In this document: one piece after another, positions 36,848 to 46,084 of the stretch | How the letters are laid out: every line of letters starts with the position of its first letter | Position numbering within the stretch: the first letter of the stretch is position 1 | Source: Thermoanaerobaculia bacterium | GTDB lineage: Bacteria; Acidobacteriota; Thermoanaerobaculia; UBA5066 | DNA: 64,000 bases | Direction of reading: 5' to 3' | NCBI GenBank assembly: GCA_046331465.1 | Contig: JAXLQV010000003.1 | Location: 1,344,420 to 1,408,419, forward strand | Position numbers and translations under genes: made by a program | Notes under the pieces: generated by a model | Database searches by the model: none | What the model was told of the DNA's origin: nothing | What the model saw: the letters and a program-made list of their open reading frames with translations, nothing else

Positions 36848-36938
36848 GCGGAGATCGTAACGCCGAGGAAGCCGTCTCCGACGCTCCGGAGGAACATCCC
36901 GCGGCGCGCCCGCCGCGACGGCTCTAACATCCGCGCCG

Positions 36939-38795
36939 ATGAGCGCGCGCCGCCACCTCCCGCTTCTCCTCGCGGCGCTGGCGGTCCTCGGCGCCCGGCT
37001 CCTCGTCGTCGCAGCGCTCGGGGACCACCCGCTCCTCCAGCCCGCCGACGGGCTCGACACGGGGGCCTACGTCGCCCTCGCGCGGAAGATCGCGGGCGGG
37101 GACGTCCTCCTCCGCTCCGTCCCGGCGCCGTTCTTCGTCTCGCCGCTCTACGCCTGGTTCCTCGGCGCGGTGCTCGCGGCGACCGGCGGCTCTCTCCACG
37201 CGGTCCTCTGGGTCCAGGCGCTCCTCGGGGCAGCCGCGGCCTGGCTCGCGGGAGACGCGGCGCGCCGCCTCCTTGACGATCGGGCCGCCGTCCCGGCCGC
37301 GGTGTTTCTGGGCCTCACGGGCGTCGTGGCCTTCCACGAAGCGCTCCTTCTTCAGGCCGCGCTCGACCCGTTCCTCACTGCTCTCGCGCTCTGGCTCCTC
37401 GTCCGGGCGCTCGAGGGCGCGCCACGGACACGTGCCTTCCTTCTCGCCGGTCTCGCGCTCGGCGTCCTCTCCCTGAACCGGCCGAACGTCCTCCCGTGGG
37501 CCGCGCTCGTCGTCGCGCTCCTCGTCTTCGCGCGAGGCTTCCGGGCGGGAACGCGCCCCGCGGCGGCTTTCCTCCTCGGCGCGGCACTCGGCGTCCTCCC
37601 CGCGGCGGCCCGGAACCTCGCCGTCTCGGGCGAGCCGGTCCTCGTCTCCTCCCACGGCGGGCTCAACCTCCTCGTCGGGAACGGCCCCGGCGCAAGCGGC
37701 GTCTACCGCTGGCTCGACGGCATCACGCCCGACATCGCCGGCCAGGCGGCGGACGCGAAGCGGGTCGCCGAGGCCGAGGCGGGACGGACTCTCTCCGCGC
37801 GGGAAGTCTCGGCGCATTTCGCGGCGAAGGCGTGGGAGTGGATCGCCGCGAACCCGGGCGCGGCAGCGCGCCTCTTCGCGAGGAAGTGCTGGTACGTCCT
37901 CTCGGGTGACGAGGCGCCGCTCAACTTCAGCTTCCCGTGGTACCGGCGCGAGGCGGGTGTCCTGAAGCTTCTCTTCGTCGGGCCCGGCCTCCTCGTCCCG
38001 CTCGGAGGAGCCGGTCTCGTCCTTCTCCTCCTCGGGAGCGGCCGCCTCCCGCGCCGCGACGCCCTCGTCTGGGCCTCGTTCGCCCCCGCGTACGTCCTCC
38101 TCGTCGCGGCCTTCTTCGTCGCGACCCGCTACCGCCTGCCGCTCTACGTCCCGCTCGCGACGGCGGGCGGGGGCGGGCTCGTACTGCTCCTCGACGCTCT
38201 CCGCGCTCGCGACGTCCGCCGCCTCGCCCTCGCTGGCTCCGTGGCGCTCCCTCTCGCGGCGGTCTCGCTCTGGCCGACCGGCCTCGATGACGGATCGTCC
38301 GAGGAGGAGACGCAGTGGATCCTCGTCCGCGTCGAGCGGGGGGACGTCGCCGAGGCCGTGCGCCGGGCGGAGTCGCTCGCGAAGAGCCACCCGCAGCCGG
38401 GCGTCCTCTGGTTCCGCCTCGGCCAGGCCGAGGCGCAGGCGGGGCGGCTCGACGACGCCGCCGATGCCCTCCGCCGCTCGCTCGGGATCGACGCGGGACA
38501 GGTCGAGACCGAGAGGGTCCTCGCAGCCGTCCTCGAGAGGCGCGGGATGGAACGGGCCGCTGCGCGCGACCTCGCGGGAGCGGCGGCCGACCTCGAGGAG
38601 GTTGCCCGCCTCGACCGCGCAAACGCGACCGTGCGCCTCAACCTCGCGGCCGTCCTCGCGGAGCGGGGCGACCTCGACCGGGCCCGGGTCCTGGCCTCCG
38701 AGGCGCTCGCGCTGAAGCCCGGGTACGGGAAGGCCGAGGCGCTCCTCCGGGCGCTCGGACCCGAGCGGACCGGGCCACCTCCGCGCGGCCGCTGA
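36939..38795 (+). CDS. Glycosyltransferase family 39 (ArnT/PMT-like) membrane protein with C-terminal TPR repeats
   Basis: 618 aa; multiple N-terminal TM helices; GT-C features; C-terminal TPR repeats (AEAQAGRLDDAADALRRSLGID...). Confidence 0.7.
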   Translation: MSARRHLPLLLAALAVLGARLLVVAALGDHPLLQPADGLDTGAYVALARKIAGGDVLLRSVPAPFFVSPLYAWFLGAVLAATGGSLHAVLWVQALLGAAAAWLAGDAARRLLDDRAAVPAAVFLGLTGVVAFHEALLLQAALDPFLTALALWLLVRALEGAPRTRAFLLAGLALGVLSLNRPNVLPWAALVVALLVFARGFRAGTRPAAAFLLGAALGVLPAAARNLAVSGEPVLVSSHGGLNLLVGNGPGASGVYRWLDGITPDIAGQAADAKRVAEAEAGRTLSAREVSAHFAAKAWEWIAANPGAAARLFARKCWYVLSGDEAPLNFSFPWYRREAGVLKLLFVGPGLLVPLGGAGLVLLLLGSGRLPRRDALVWASFAPAYVLLVAAFFVATRYRLPLYVPLATAGGGGLVLLLDALRARDVRRLALAGSVALPLAAVSLWPTGLDDGSSEEETQWILVRVERGDVAEAVRRAESLAKSHPQPGVLWFRLGQAEAQAGRLDDAADALRRSLGIDAGQVETERVLAAVLERRGMERAAARDLAGAAADLEEVARLDRANATVRLNLAAVLAERGDLDRARVLASEALALKPGYGKAEALLRALGPERTGPPPRGR

Positions 38796-38837
38796 GGAGC
38801 CCGTCCCGACGCGACGACCCCGGGGGCGAAAGGGAAA

Positions 38838-38861
38838 GGGCCCGGCGTTTCCGCCGGGCCC
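38838..38861 (-). terminator. Hairpin between convergent genes, likely terminator of TonB-dependent receptor gene
   Basis: gggcccggcg-tttc-cgccgggccc perfect 10-bp stem; U-containing tract (cccuuucccuuu) follows on minus-strand transcript. Confidence 0.45.
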
Positions 38862-38915
38862 TCGAATCGGCCGGATCGTCGGGGCTGCTCTCGGGCAGCG
38901 CCGACGACCGCTTGG

Positions 38916-41666
38916 TCAGAAGCTGAAGAGCGCCGAGAGGGTGAACCGCCGCGGCGAGGTCCAGCTCGTCGCCTGGCCGAACGTCGGGTTCGGCTGCTTG
39001 GTCCCCTGCGGGCCCAGCGTGCTCGCCGGGTTCCCGTCGACGTACGGATCGAGGTACTCGGTAGAGCTGACGCCCGTGACCGTCTGGCTGTCGAAGAGGT
39101 TCTGGACGCGCCCCTCGAGGCGGAGCGAGTTGCCGCCGCCCAGCTTGAAGTTGTAGGCGAGCAGCATGTCGAGGTTCGTCCGGGTCGGGAGGCGGCGCGA
39201 GCCGGCTGGCTCGAGGTAACGGCCGTAGGTGGTGCTCGGCGTGGCGCCGCGGGCCTCCCAGGGGGTCCCGCTCTGGACGCGGAGGTAGCCGCCGAGCGTG
39301 AAGCCGTAGACGTCGTAGCTCGCCATCAGCTTGAAGATGTGCGGCCGGTCCTGGAGGAGCGTGCCGTACCGGTTCGGCTCCGCGCTGTTGAACCCCGGCT
39401 CGTCCTCGAGGTACGACGAGGTGCTGTACTGGCCGGCCGAGAAGTCCTCGTCCCAGTTCCCGCGGAGGCGGCTGTAGGTGTAGCTGACGCTCGCGTACCA
39501 GTTGTCGGCCTGGCGCTTCGTCACTTCGAACGAATAGCCGCGGTAGATGCGGGTCGCGTCCGGGAACGTCTTCGCCTGGAACGAGCCGAAGTAGTTGTTC
39601 GGGTCGACGGGCGTGTCCTCGAACGGGTTGTTGAGGCTCTTGTACTGGTAGTGGACGTCGAAGGAGAGGACCTTGCCGACCGGAGCTTCGTAGCCGAGGA
39701 CGTACTCGTCCTGGGTGGGGGACGTCAGGTCGGACGGGATGTACTTGCCGGACGAGGAGCCGCGGAACGAGGTGGAGATGAAGGCACCGGTGTCCCTGCG
39801 CCAGTAGGTCTGGTTCTCGCGGATCCGGTAGGGGGCGAACGACCGGAGGGTGTTCTTCTGGTCGAGGCCGGCGTACCTCCCGTAGTTCGCGTAGACCTTG
39901 TCGCCCGTCAGGAGCTCGGTGTTGTAGACGATGCCGATGCGGGGCTGGACCTGGTCGCCCCACCGGAAGGTCATGAAGTTGTAGCGCATCTCTTCCGTCA
40001 GCGGCGGGGCGGTCGTGGACTGGCTGCAGACCATCCCCGGCTCGCAGATCTGGGCGAAGTCGTCGTAGTTGAAGAGGACGCCGACCGTCGCCGAGAGGCG
40101 CTTCCAGGTGACCGTGTCCTGGAGGAACGCGGAGTAGGTTCGGGCCTTCCCGAGCTGCTCCGGCTGGAATTCGTAGTAGCGGGCCCGGACGGCCGCGACG
40201 CCCCCCGTCGAGGTGTAGATCAGGGTCCCCCAGCCGTTCGACTGCCGGGCGAAGGTGAGGTCGACGAACTCGGCGCCGCCGCCGACCTTGATCTGGTGCT
40301 GCGTCTCGCCCCAGTCGAGGAACTGGCTCGCGACGAGCTTCACCTCGTCGCGGGTGTAGTTCTCGCCCGTGTTCGTGTACGGGTAGACGCCGGTGTTGCC
40401 GCCGCCCCGCGTCGGGTCGTAGTAGCCGCCGTAGGCGCCCAGGTTCGTCGTCTGGGGGAGCGGGCTCGGCCGGTTCGTCAGGATTGTGTTGGCCTGGACC
40501 GTCGGGTTGTCGGTCGAGTGGACGTACTTGAGCTCGACGAGCGTGTTCTGGCCCGCGAACCAGTTCGCCGCGAAGTTCCCGATGTAGTTCGTGTTGTCCT
40601 GGCCCCAGCCCGCGGAGGCCACGTCGTAGGCATTGTCGAAGCCGTTCGTCGTCTTGGTCGGGAGGCCGCGGAACCCGGCGTTGAAGAGCCAGTGGTCGCC
40701 GGCGTAGGCGGTCAGCTTCCCGAAGTAGTCCCAGTTCGTCGTCTTCGTGTCGGGCTGCGTCGTCGTGACGCCGCTGATCGTCGCCGACTGGCCGCTCGTC
40801 TTCGTGTCCGAGTAGCGGGCCGAGACGTACCCGAAGAGGGTGTCCTTGACGATGGGGAAGCCGAGGCTCGCCGCACCGTTCCAGGTGTCGACGTCGGAGG
40901 AGACTCCGTGCTCGTTCGCGGACTGGAACGACGAGGGGCGCCCCTCGACGCGGAAGCTCCCGTGGAACTCGTTCGTCCCCGACTTCGTGACGGCGTTCAC
41001 GACGGCGCCCGTCGTCCGGCCGGACTCGGCCGAGATGGCGCCCGTCTTCACGTTCACGTCGGCGATGTCGAGCTCGTTCGTCTCGACGCCGAGGTTGCCG
41101 TAGCCCCCGTTCGTGATGTTGACGCCGTCGATGAGGTACTTGTTCTCCTGGCGGGTCCCTCCGGCGACGGCGACGTAGCCGCTGCTGCCGTCGGATGCTG
41201 GGGCGCTCGGGATCAGGTTGAGGAGGCCCTCGTAGCTCCGGGCGACCGGGAGCTGCCGGACGTCCTGAGACGCGAAGTTCGTCGCGACCTCGGTCGACTT
41301 CTGGTCGACGCTCGCGGCCGTAACCTCGACGGTGACCGCGGTCGATCCCTTCAGAACGAGGTCGACCTGGTAGTCGCGGTCGATCTGGACGTCGACGGTC
41401 TTGCTCGCCTGGCCGAGTCCCTGGAGGGCGGCCTCGACGGTGTACTTGCCGGGGAGGAGCCGCTGGAAGTTGTAGGCGCCGTTTGATCCGGTGACGAACG
41501 AGCGGCCCGCCGGGAGCTGGGCTCCCGAGACCTTCACCATGACGCCGGGGAGCGCGCCGCCGTTCGCGTCGGCGACCTTCCCCGAGATGGAGCCCGTCTC
41601 GCCCGCGAACGCCACGGACGCGGCGACGAGCAGGACGACGGCCATCAGAATTCGGAACGACCTCAT
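38916..41666 (-). CDS. TonB-dependent receptor-like outer membrane protein with N-terminal carboxypeptidase-regulatory-like (CarbopepD_reg) domain
   Basis: ATG 41664-41666 preceded by GGAGAGGAGAGG; signal peptide; CarbopepD_reg-type N-terminus (GSISGKV...GALPGVMVKV); C-terminal beta-barrel ending in aromatic residue (F). Confidence 0.85.
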   Translation of the reverse strand: MRSFRILMAVVLLVAASVAFAGETGSISGKVADANGGALPGVMVKVSGAQLPAGRSFVTGSNGAYNFQRLLPGKYTVEAALQGLGQASKTVDVQIDRDYQVDLVLKGSTAVTVEVTAASVDQKSTEVATNFASQDVRQLPVARSYEGLLNLIPSAPASDGSSGYVAVAGGTRQENKYLIDGVNITNGGYGNLGVETNELDIADVNVKTGAISAESGRTTGAVVNAVTKSGTNEFHGSFRVEGRPSSFQSANEHGVSSDVDTWNGAASLGFPIVKDTLFGYVSARYSDTKTSGQSATISGVTTTQPDTKTTNWDYFGKLTAYAGDHWLFNAGFRGLPTKTTNGFDNAYDVASAGWGQDNTNYIGNFAANWFAGQNTLVELKYVHSTDNPTVQANTILTNRPSPLPQTTNLGAYGGYYDPTRGGGNTGVYPYTNTGENYTRDEVKLVASQFLDWGETQHQIKVGGGAEFVDLTFARQSNGWGTLIYTSTGGVAAVRARYYEFQPEQLGKARTYSAFLQDTVTWKRLSATVGVLFNYDDFAQICEPGMVCSQSTTAPPLTEEMRYNFMTFRWGDQVQPRIGIVYNTELLTGDKVYANYGRYAGLDQKNTLRSFAPYRIRENQTYWRRDTGAFISTSFRGSSSGKYIPSDLTSPTQDEYVLGYEAPVGKVLSFDVHYQYKSLNNPFEDTPVDPNNYFGSFQAKTFPDATRIYRGYSFEVTKRQADNWYASVSYTYSRLRGNWDEDFSAGQYSTSSYLEDEPGFNSAEPNRYGTLLQDRPHIFKLMASYDVYGFTLGGYLRVQSGTPWEARGATPSTTYGRYLEPAGSRRLPTRTNLDMLLAYNFKLGGGNSLRLEGRVQNLFDSQTVTGVSSTEYLDPYVDGNPASTLGPQGTKQPNPTFGQATSWTSPRRFTLSALFSF

Positions 41667-41827
41667 AAAGCCTCTCCTCTCCTTCCTTGCCCCGAAATGG
41701 ACCATTAGAAAAACCTTGGAAGATAGACGGTCGGGAGCCTAGCGCCTCGAGGTCAGGAATTCCAGCGGTGAAGTCTCCCGGGCCGATGGCCTTCGGCTGG
41801 GGAAAGGGCTGCCAGAATCGGAACGCG
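41667..41827. promoter_or_regulatory. AT-enriched divergent promoter region (TonB-dependent receptor / GDPD gene)
   Basis: Only markedly AT-richer stretch in window (aaatggaccattagaaaaaccttggaagatagacgg) lying between divergent gene starts. Confidence 0.3.
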
Positions 41828-42619
41828 ATGCCGCCCCCCGCGCCGCGCGAGCCAGGGCCCCCCCCGCCCGGCCTCTCCCTCGCCCTCCCCGGGCGCGCGA
41901 AGCCGTACGTGATGGCCCACCGGGGGAACCGGGTCGCCTGCCCCGAGAACACGCTCGCGTCGTTCCGGCGGGCCGTCGAGGACGGAGCCGACATCCTCGA
42001 GACGGACCTCTACCTCTCGGCCGACGGCACCTTCGTCTGCATTCACGACCCGACCCTCGAGAGGACGACGGACGGGACGGGCCCGGTCGAGGCGCGGACG
42101 CTCGCGGAGCTGAAGTCTCTCTCGGCCTCCTGCGGCCGGCCGGAGTTCGCCTCCGAGCGGATCCCGACGCTCGCCGAGGTGGCGGCGCTCCTGCCGCCCG
42201 ACCGGGGGCTCGCCCTGGAGCTGAAGAGCGACCGGTTCCTCGACCCGGAAGTCGGCCGTCGGCTCGGAAAGGAGCTGAGTGACCTCGACGTCCTCGGGAG
42301 GAGCTTCGTGATCTCCTTCTCCCGTGCCCGCCTCGACGCGACCCGGGTCGGGGCGCCGGGCCTTCCGTCGGGCTGGATCACGCTCAAGGAGGCCCGGCCC
42401 GTGCGGGGCGTCGAGCTCCTCGGCCCGTTCTGGCCCCTCCTCCTCGTGAACCCGCTCTACGTCGTCCGGGCGCACCGGCGGGGGCAGGCCGTGGCGCCGC
42501 TCGACCCGACGCCCGACGGGCGCCTCTGGCTCTACCGGCTCCTCGGCTGCGACGCCGTCCTGACGGACGACCCGGAGAAGACGATCCGGCAACTCGGGCG
42601 CGCCGTCTCCCGTACATGA
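41828..42619 (+). CDS. Glycerophosphodiester phosphodiesterase (GDPD) family protein; start ambiguous (ATG 41828 or GTG/ATG 41909/41912)
   Basis: HRGN...E-x-D catalytic motif (MAHRGNRVACPENTLASFRRAVEDGADILETDL); 263 aa from 41828. Confidence 0.65.
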   Translation: MPPPAPREPGPPPPGLSLALPGRAKPYVMAHRGNRVACPENTLASFRRAVEDGADILETDLYLSADGTFVCIHDPTLERTTDGTGPVEARTLAELKSLSASCGRPEFASERIPTLAEVAALLPPDRGLALELKSDRFLDPEVGRRLGKELSDLDVLGRSFVISFSRARLDATRVGAPGLPSGWITLKEARPVRGVELLGPFWPLLLVNPLYVVRAHRRGQAVAPLDPTPDGRLWLYRLLGCDAVLTDDPEKTIRQLGRAVSRT

Positions 42620-42680
42620 GAAGTGCGCCGGCCCCGGCGCGATAATGAGATTTCCGTTCAATTCGGAGGGAGGATTCCAC

Positions 42681-44864
42681 TTGAAGAAAGCGCTCCGCCT
42701 CACCGTCGTCCTCGTGGCGGCCCTCTGCACCACGCTCCCCCTCGCCGCCGACGAGGGGATGTGGATGCCCCAGCAGATCCCCGACCTCGCCCCCCGCCTG
42801 AAGGAGCTCGGCTTCACGGGCGACGCGAAGATGTGGGCCGACCTGACCGGCTTCCCGATGAACGCGATCGTCTCGCTCGGGGGCTGCAGCGCGTCGTTCA
42901 TCTCGCCCGACGGCCTCATCGCGACGAACAACCACTGCGTCCAGGGGTCGCTCCAATACAACTCGACCCCCGAGCAGAACCTCATCGTCGACGGCTACCT
43001 CGCGCGGACCCGCGAGGAGGAGCTCTCGAACGGCCCCGGCTCCCGCGTCTGGGTCACGGTCTCCGTCAAGGAGGTCACCGACCAGATCACCGGCAAGATC
43101 GACCCGAAGCTGACCGACCGGAAGCGCTTCGACGTCATCGAGCGCCGGGTCAAGGAACAGACCGCGGCCTGCGAGAAGGACGGCCTCCGCTGCCGCGTCG
43201 CCTCCTTCTTCGAGGGGCTTCGCTGGTTCGAGATCGCCCAGCTCGAGATCAACGACGTCCGCCTCGTCTACTCCCCCCCGCAGGGAATCGGCAACTACGG
43301 CGGCGAGACCGACAACTGGCAGTGGCCGCGCCACACGGGCGACTTCTCCTTCTACCGCGCCTACGTCGGCAAGGACGGCAAGCCGGCGGCCTACTCGAAG
43401 GAGAACGTCCCGTACCACCCGAAGCACTTCCTCAAGGTCTCCCCGAAGGGGGCGAGCCCGGGCGAGCTCATCTTCGTCGCCGGCTACCCGGGCCGGACGC
43501 AGCGCCACGAGACGTATGCCGAGGTCAAGGACCGGACGGAGTGGGCGCTCCCGCAGTCGGTCAAGCGCAGCAAGGAGATGATCGCCCTCCTCGAGGAGAC
43601 GACGAAGGGGAACAAGGAGCTCGCGATCAAGGCCGAGCCGAGGATGCGCGGCCTCCTGAACGGCATGAAGAAGAACGAGGGGGTCCTCGCCGGGCTCCTG
43701 AAGGGCGGGATCCTCGCCCGGAAGGAGGAGAAGCAGAAGGCCCTCGAGGCGTGGATCGCCGCCGACCCGCAGCGTCAGAAGGAGTACGGCCCGGTCCTGA
43801 CGGAGCTGGCGGCGATGCAGGCCGAGTCGCTCAAGACGCGCGAGCGTGACACGGCGCTCGCCACGATCGGCTTCGGCTCGACCCTCCTCGGTACCGCCGA
43901 GAACCTCTACCGCCTCTCGCTGGAGCGCCCGAAGAAGGACGTCGACCGCGACCCGGCCTTCCAGGAGCGCAACTGGACGCGGACGAAGGAAGGCCTCGAG
44001 CGGATGCAGCGGACCTACGACCACCGGCTCGACCGCCCGATGCTCCGCTACGGCCTTCTCACGGCGGCCGCCCTCCCGGCAGACCAGCGGATCGCGCCCG
44101 TCGACACGCTCGTCGGCCTCGCCCCCGGGATGGCGAAGGACGACGCCGCGAAGAAGGTCGACGCCTACCTCGACGGGCTTTACGCCGGGACGAAGCTCGG
44201 CGAGAAGGAGTTCCGCCTCGCGCTGTTCGAGAAGTCGACGAAGGAGATCGTCGACACGAAGGACACCGCGATCCAGCTCGCCGTGGCCCTCTACCCGGTG
44301 AACGAGGCGAACCGCGAGAAGGAGAAGGCGAACGACGGGAAGCGCTCGCGCCTCCGCCCGCAGTACATGCGCGCCCTCCTCGCGCAGGGCGGCGGCCTCG
44401 TCGCCCCCGACGCGAACTCCACGCTCCGCGTCACGTTCGGCCGCGTCATGGGCGTCGACCCGCGCGACGGGATGCGCTACCTGCCGCAGACGACGCTGAA
44501 GGGCGTCGTCGAGAAGGCGACGGGCGAGGGCGAGTTCAACGCCCCGAAGCGCCAGCTCGAGGCGATCCAGGCTCTCCGCGCCGGGAAGAAGACCCCCTAC
44601 TTCGACGCGAAGCTCGGCGACGTGCCGGTCAACTTCATGTCCGACGTCGACACGACGGGCGGCAACTCCGGCTCGGCCGTCCTGAACTCGCAGGGCGAGC
44701 TCGTCGGCCTCCTCTTCGACGGGACGCTCGAGACGGTCGCCTCCGACTTCCTCTTCGAGACGGAGAAGACCCGGTCGATCCAGGTCGACACGCGCTACAT
44801 GCTCTGGACCTGGGACGCCGTCGAAGGGGCGAAGAACCTCCTCGACGAGGTCGGCATCAAGTAG
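42681..44864 (+). CDS. S46 family dipeptidyl-peptidase (DPP7/DPP11-like)
   Basis: TTG 42681 with GGAGGGAGGA SD 7 bp upstream (ORF opens at 42645); signal peptide; catalytic motifs NHC (His), D, and C-terminal TGGNSGS (Ser). Confidence 0.85.
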   Translation: MKKALRLTVVLVAALCTTLPLAADEGMWMPQQIPDLAPRLKELGFTGDAKMWADLTGFPMNAIVSLGGCSASFISPDGLIATNNHCVQGSLQYNSTPEQNLIVDGYLARTREEELSNGPGSRVWVTVSVKEVTDQITGKIDPKLTDRKRFDVIERRVKEQTAACEKDGLRCRVASFFEGLRWFEIAQLEINDVRLVYSPPQGIGNYGGETDNWQWPRHTGDFSFYRAYVGKDGKPAAYSKENVPYHPKHFLKVSPKGASPGELIFVAGYPGRTQRHETYAEVKDRTEWALPQSVKRSKEMIALLEETTKGNKELAIKAEPRMRGLLNGMKKNEGVLAGLLKGGILARKEEKQKALEAWIAADPQRQKEYGPVLTELAAMQAESLKTRERDTALATIGFGSTLLGTAENLYRLSLERPKKDVDRDPAFQERNWTRTKEGLERMQRTYDHRLDRPMLRYGLLTAAALPADQRIAPVDTLVGLAPGMAKDDAAKKVDAYLDGLYAGTKLGEKEFRLALFEKSTKEIVDTKDTAIQLAVALYPVNEANREKEKANDGKRSRLRPQYMRALLAQGGGLVAPDANSTLRVTFGRVMGVDPRDGMRYLPQTTLKGVVEKATGEGEFNAPKRQLEAIQALRAGKKTPYFDAKLGDVPVNFMSDVDTTGGNSGSAVLNSQGELVGLLFDGTLETVASDFLFETEKTRSIQVDTRYMLWTWDAVEGAKNLLDEVGIK

Positions 44865-44890
44865 GCCCCGGAGATACCCGGAAGATCGAG

Positions 44891-44930
44891 CGGCCCGCGT
44901 CCCTTCGGGGGCGCGGGCCGCGCTCTTTTT
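44891..44930 (+). terminator. Rho-independent terminator after S46 peptidase gene
   Basis: 9-bp GC stem cggcccgcg / cgcgggccg followed by ctcttttt U-tract, 27 bp after stop. Confidence 0.6.
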
Positions 44931-44953
44931 CGGGCGGGGTCCCGCCCCGGGCG

Positions 44954-46069
44954 TCAGCGCTGGAGGTGCGAGAGGAGGACGAGGAGCGCGATCGCGGCGA
45001 GGACGGCGGCGAGGATCTTCGGGACCGAGAACGGGGCGTTCCCGTCGACCTTCCCGGTGACGCCGTTCACGAGGAAGCGGAACGGCTTGCCGGCGTACTG
45101 GTAGGCCGAGATCCAGACCGGCAGGAGCGCGTTCTTGCACGCGAGGCCGGACCAGGCCGTCGCGACCTGGAGGTTCCGGTAGGTGTCGCCCGGGACCTCC
45201 GCCCCGCAGGCGGCGTAGACCTCGGCCGTCATCCGCTCCTTCGCGACGCCGACGGCCTCGGGGAGGTCGACGGCGTACTCCTCGGCGAGAAAGCCCGAGA
45301 GGTACTGCGGGTCGTACGGGACGAGCCCGCCGGTCGGGAACGGCTCGACGCCGCGCGCCAGGCCCGGCGGAAGCCCCTTCGACGCGGGGACCGGGACGTC
45401 GTCGAACGCCTTCTCCAGGAACCCCGAGGCCGGCTCCCAGCGGGTCCGCGTCTCGGAGCGCATCACGCGCTGCCCGTTCTCGATCGCCTCGACCTGCACG
45501 GTGTAGTGGTAGCCCGCCTCGGCGGCCCAGCGGTTGTGGGTGAGGGCGTCGAACGTCCAGAACGGGACGTAGACCCCCTGCATCTCCGTCACGGCCGACT
45601 TCGCCTTCAGGTCGTTCGGCCGGAACCAGAGGCCGGAGACCCAGCTCCGGAAGCGCTGCGCGGCGCCGTTCCGGTCGATCGCGAACGGGAGGAGACCGGC
45701 CGGGCGGACGTGGTCCGACGCGGCGGGCGCCTCGACGACGGACGGCGTCGCGCAGAACGCACAGCGCGAGGCGGCCAGCCCTGGGTCGAACGTCGTCGTC
45801 GCGCCGCACTTCGTGCACCTCACGCTCTTGCGCTCGGCGCCCCAGCCGAGGTCGCGCGGCGCGCGGAGCGCCTCCTCGAGCGGCCGCTCGACGACCTGGT
45901 CGGAGGAGGTCGGGAGGGGCGTCTCGCTCCCGCAGTAAGGGCACTTCAGCGCCGAGGCGCCGGGGCTCCAGACGACGTCGGCGCCGCAGGCGCCGCACGG
46001 GAACTTCCGGGCCTTCGCGGAGACGGGAGCCCCGCCCGTCTCCGGGCGGGGCGCGTCAGCGGCGGGCAT
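44954..46069 (-). CDS. Zinc-ribbon membrane protein (B. subtilis YdjG-like): two N-terminal CxxC-CxxC zinc ribbons, central conserved domain, C-terminal TM anchor
   Basis: 371 aa; CGACG...CPYCG and CTKCG...CAFC; C-terminal TM ILAAVLAAIALLVLL; 15 bp downstream of SPFH gene, same strand. Confidence 0.65.
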   Translation of the reverse strand: MPAADAPRPETGGAPVSAKARKFPCGACGADVVWSPGASALKCPYCGSETPLPTSSDQVVERPLEEALRAPRDLGWGAERKSVRCTKCGATTTFDPGLAASRCAFCATPSVVEAPAASDHVRPAGLLPFAIDRNGAAQRFRSWVSGLWFRPNDLKAKSAVTEMQGVYVPFWTFDALTHNRWAAEAGYHYTVQVEAIENGQRVMRSETRTRWEPASGFLEKAFDDVPVPASKGLPPGLARGVEPFPTGGLVPYDPQYLSGFLAEEYAVDLPEAVGVAKERMTAEVYAACGAEVPGDTYRNLQVATAWSGLACKNALLPVWISAYQYAGKPFRFLVNGVTGKVDGNAPFSVPKILAAVLAAIALLVLLSHLQR

Positions 46070-46084
46070 CGGGGAGAGCGTCGC

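Noticed and set aside
34198-38641. ORFs 34198..36114(+), 35963..37276(+), 36924..38390(-), 37927..38622(-)
   Set aside because: Antisense artefacts across nagA/murQ/kinase and the GT39 gene; extreme Arg/Pro/Gly bias.
44931-44953. Second GC-rich near-palindrome (cgggcggggtcccgccccggg) right after the S46 terminator
   Set aside because: Arms are not truly complementary (cccgcccc vs cccgcccg) and it is followed by an A-tract on the minus strand; probably not an independent terminator for the zinc-ribbon gene.
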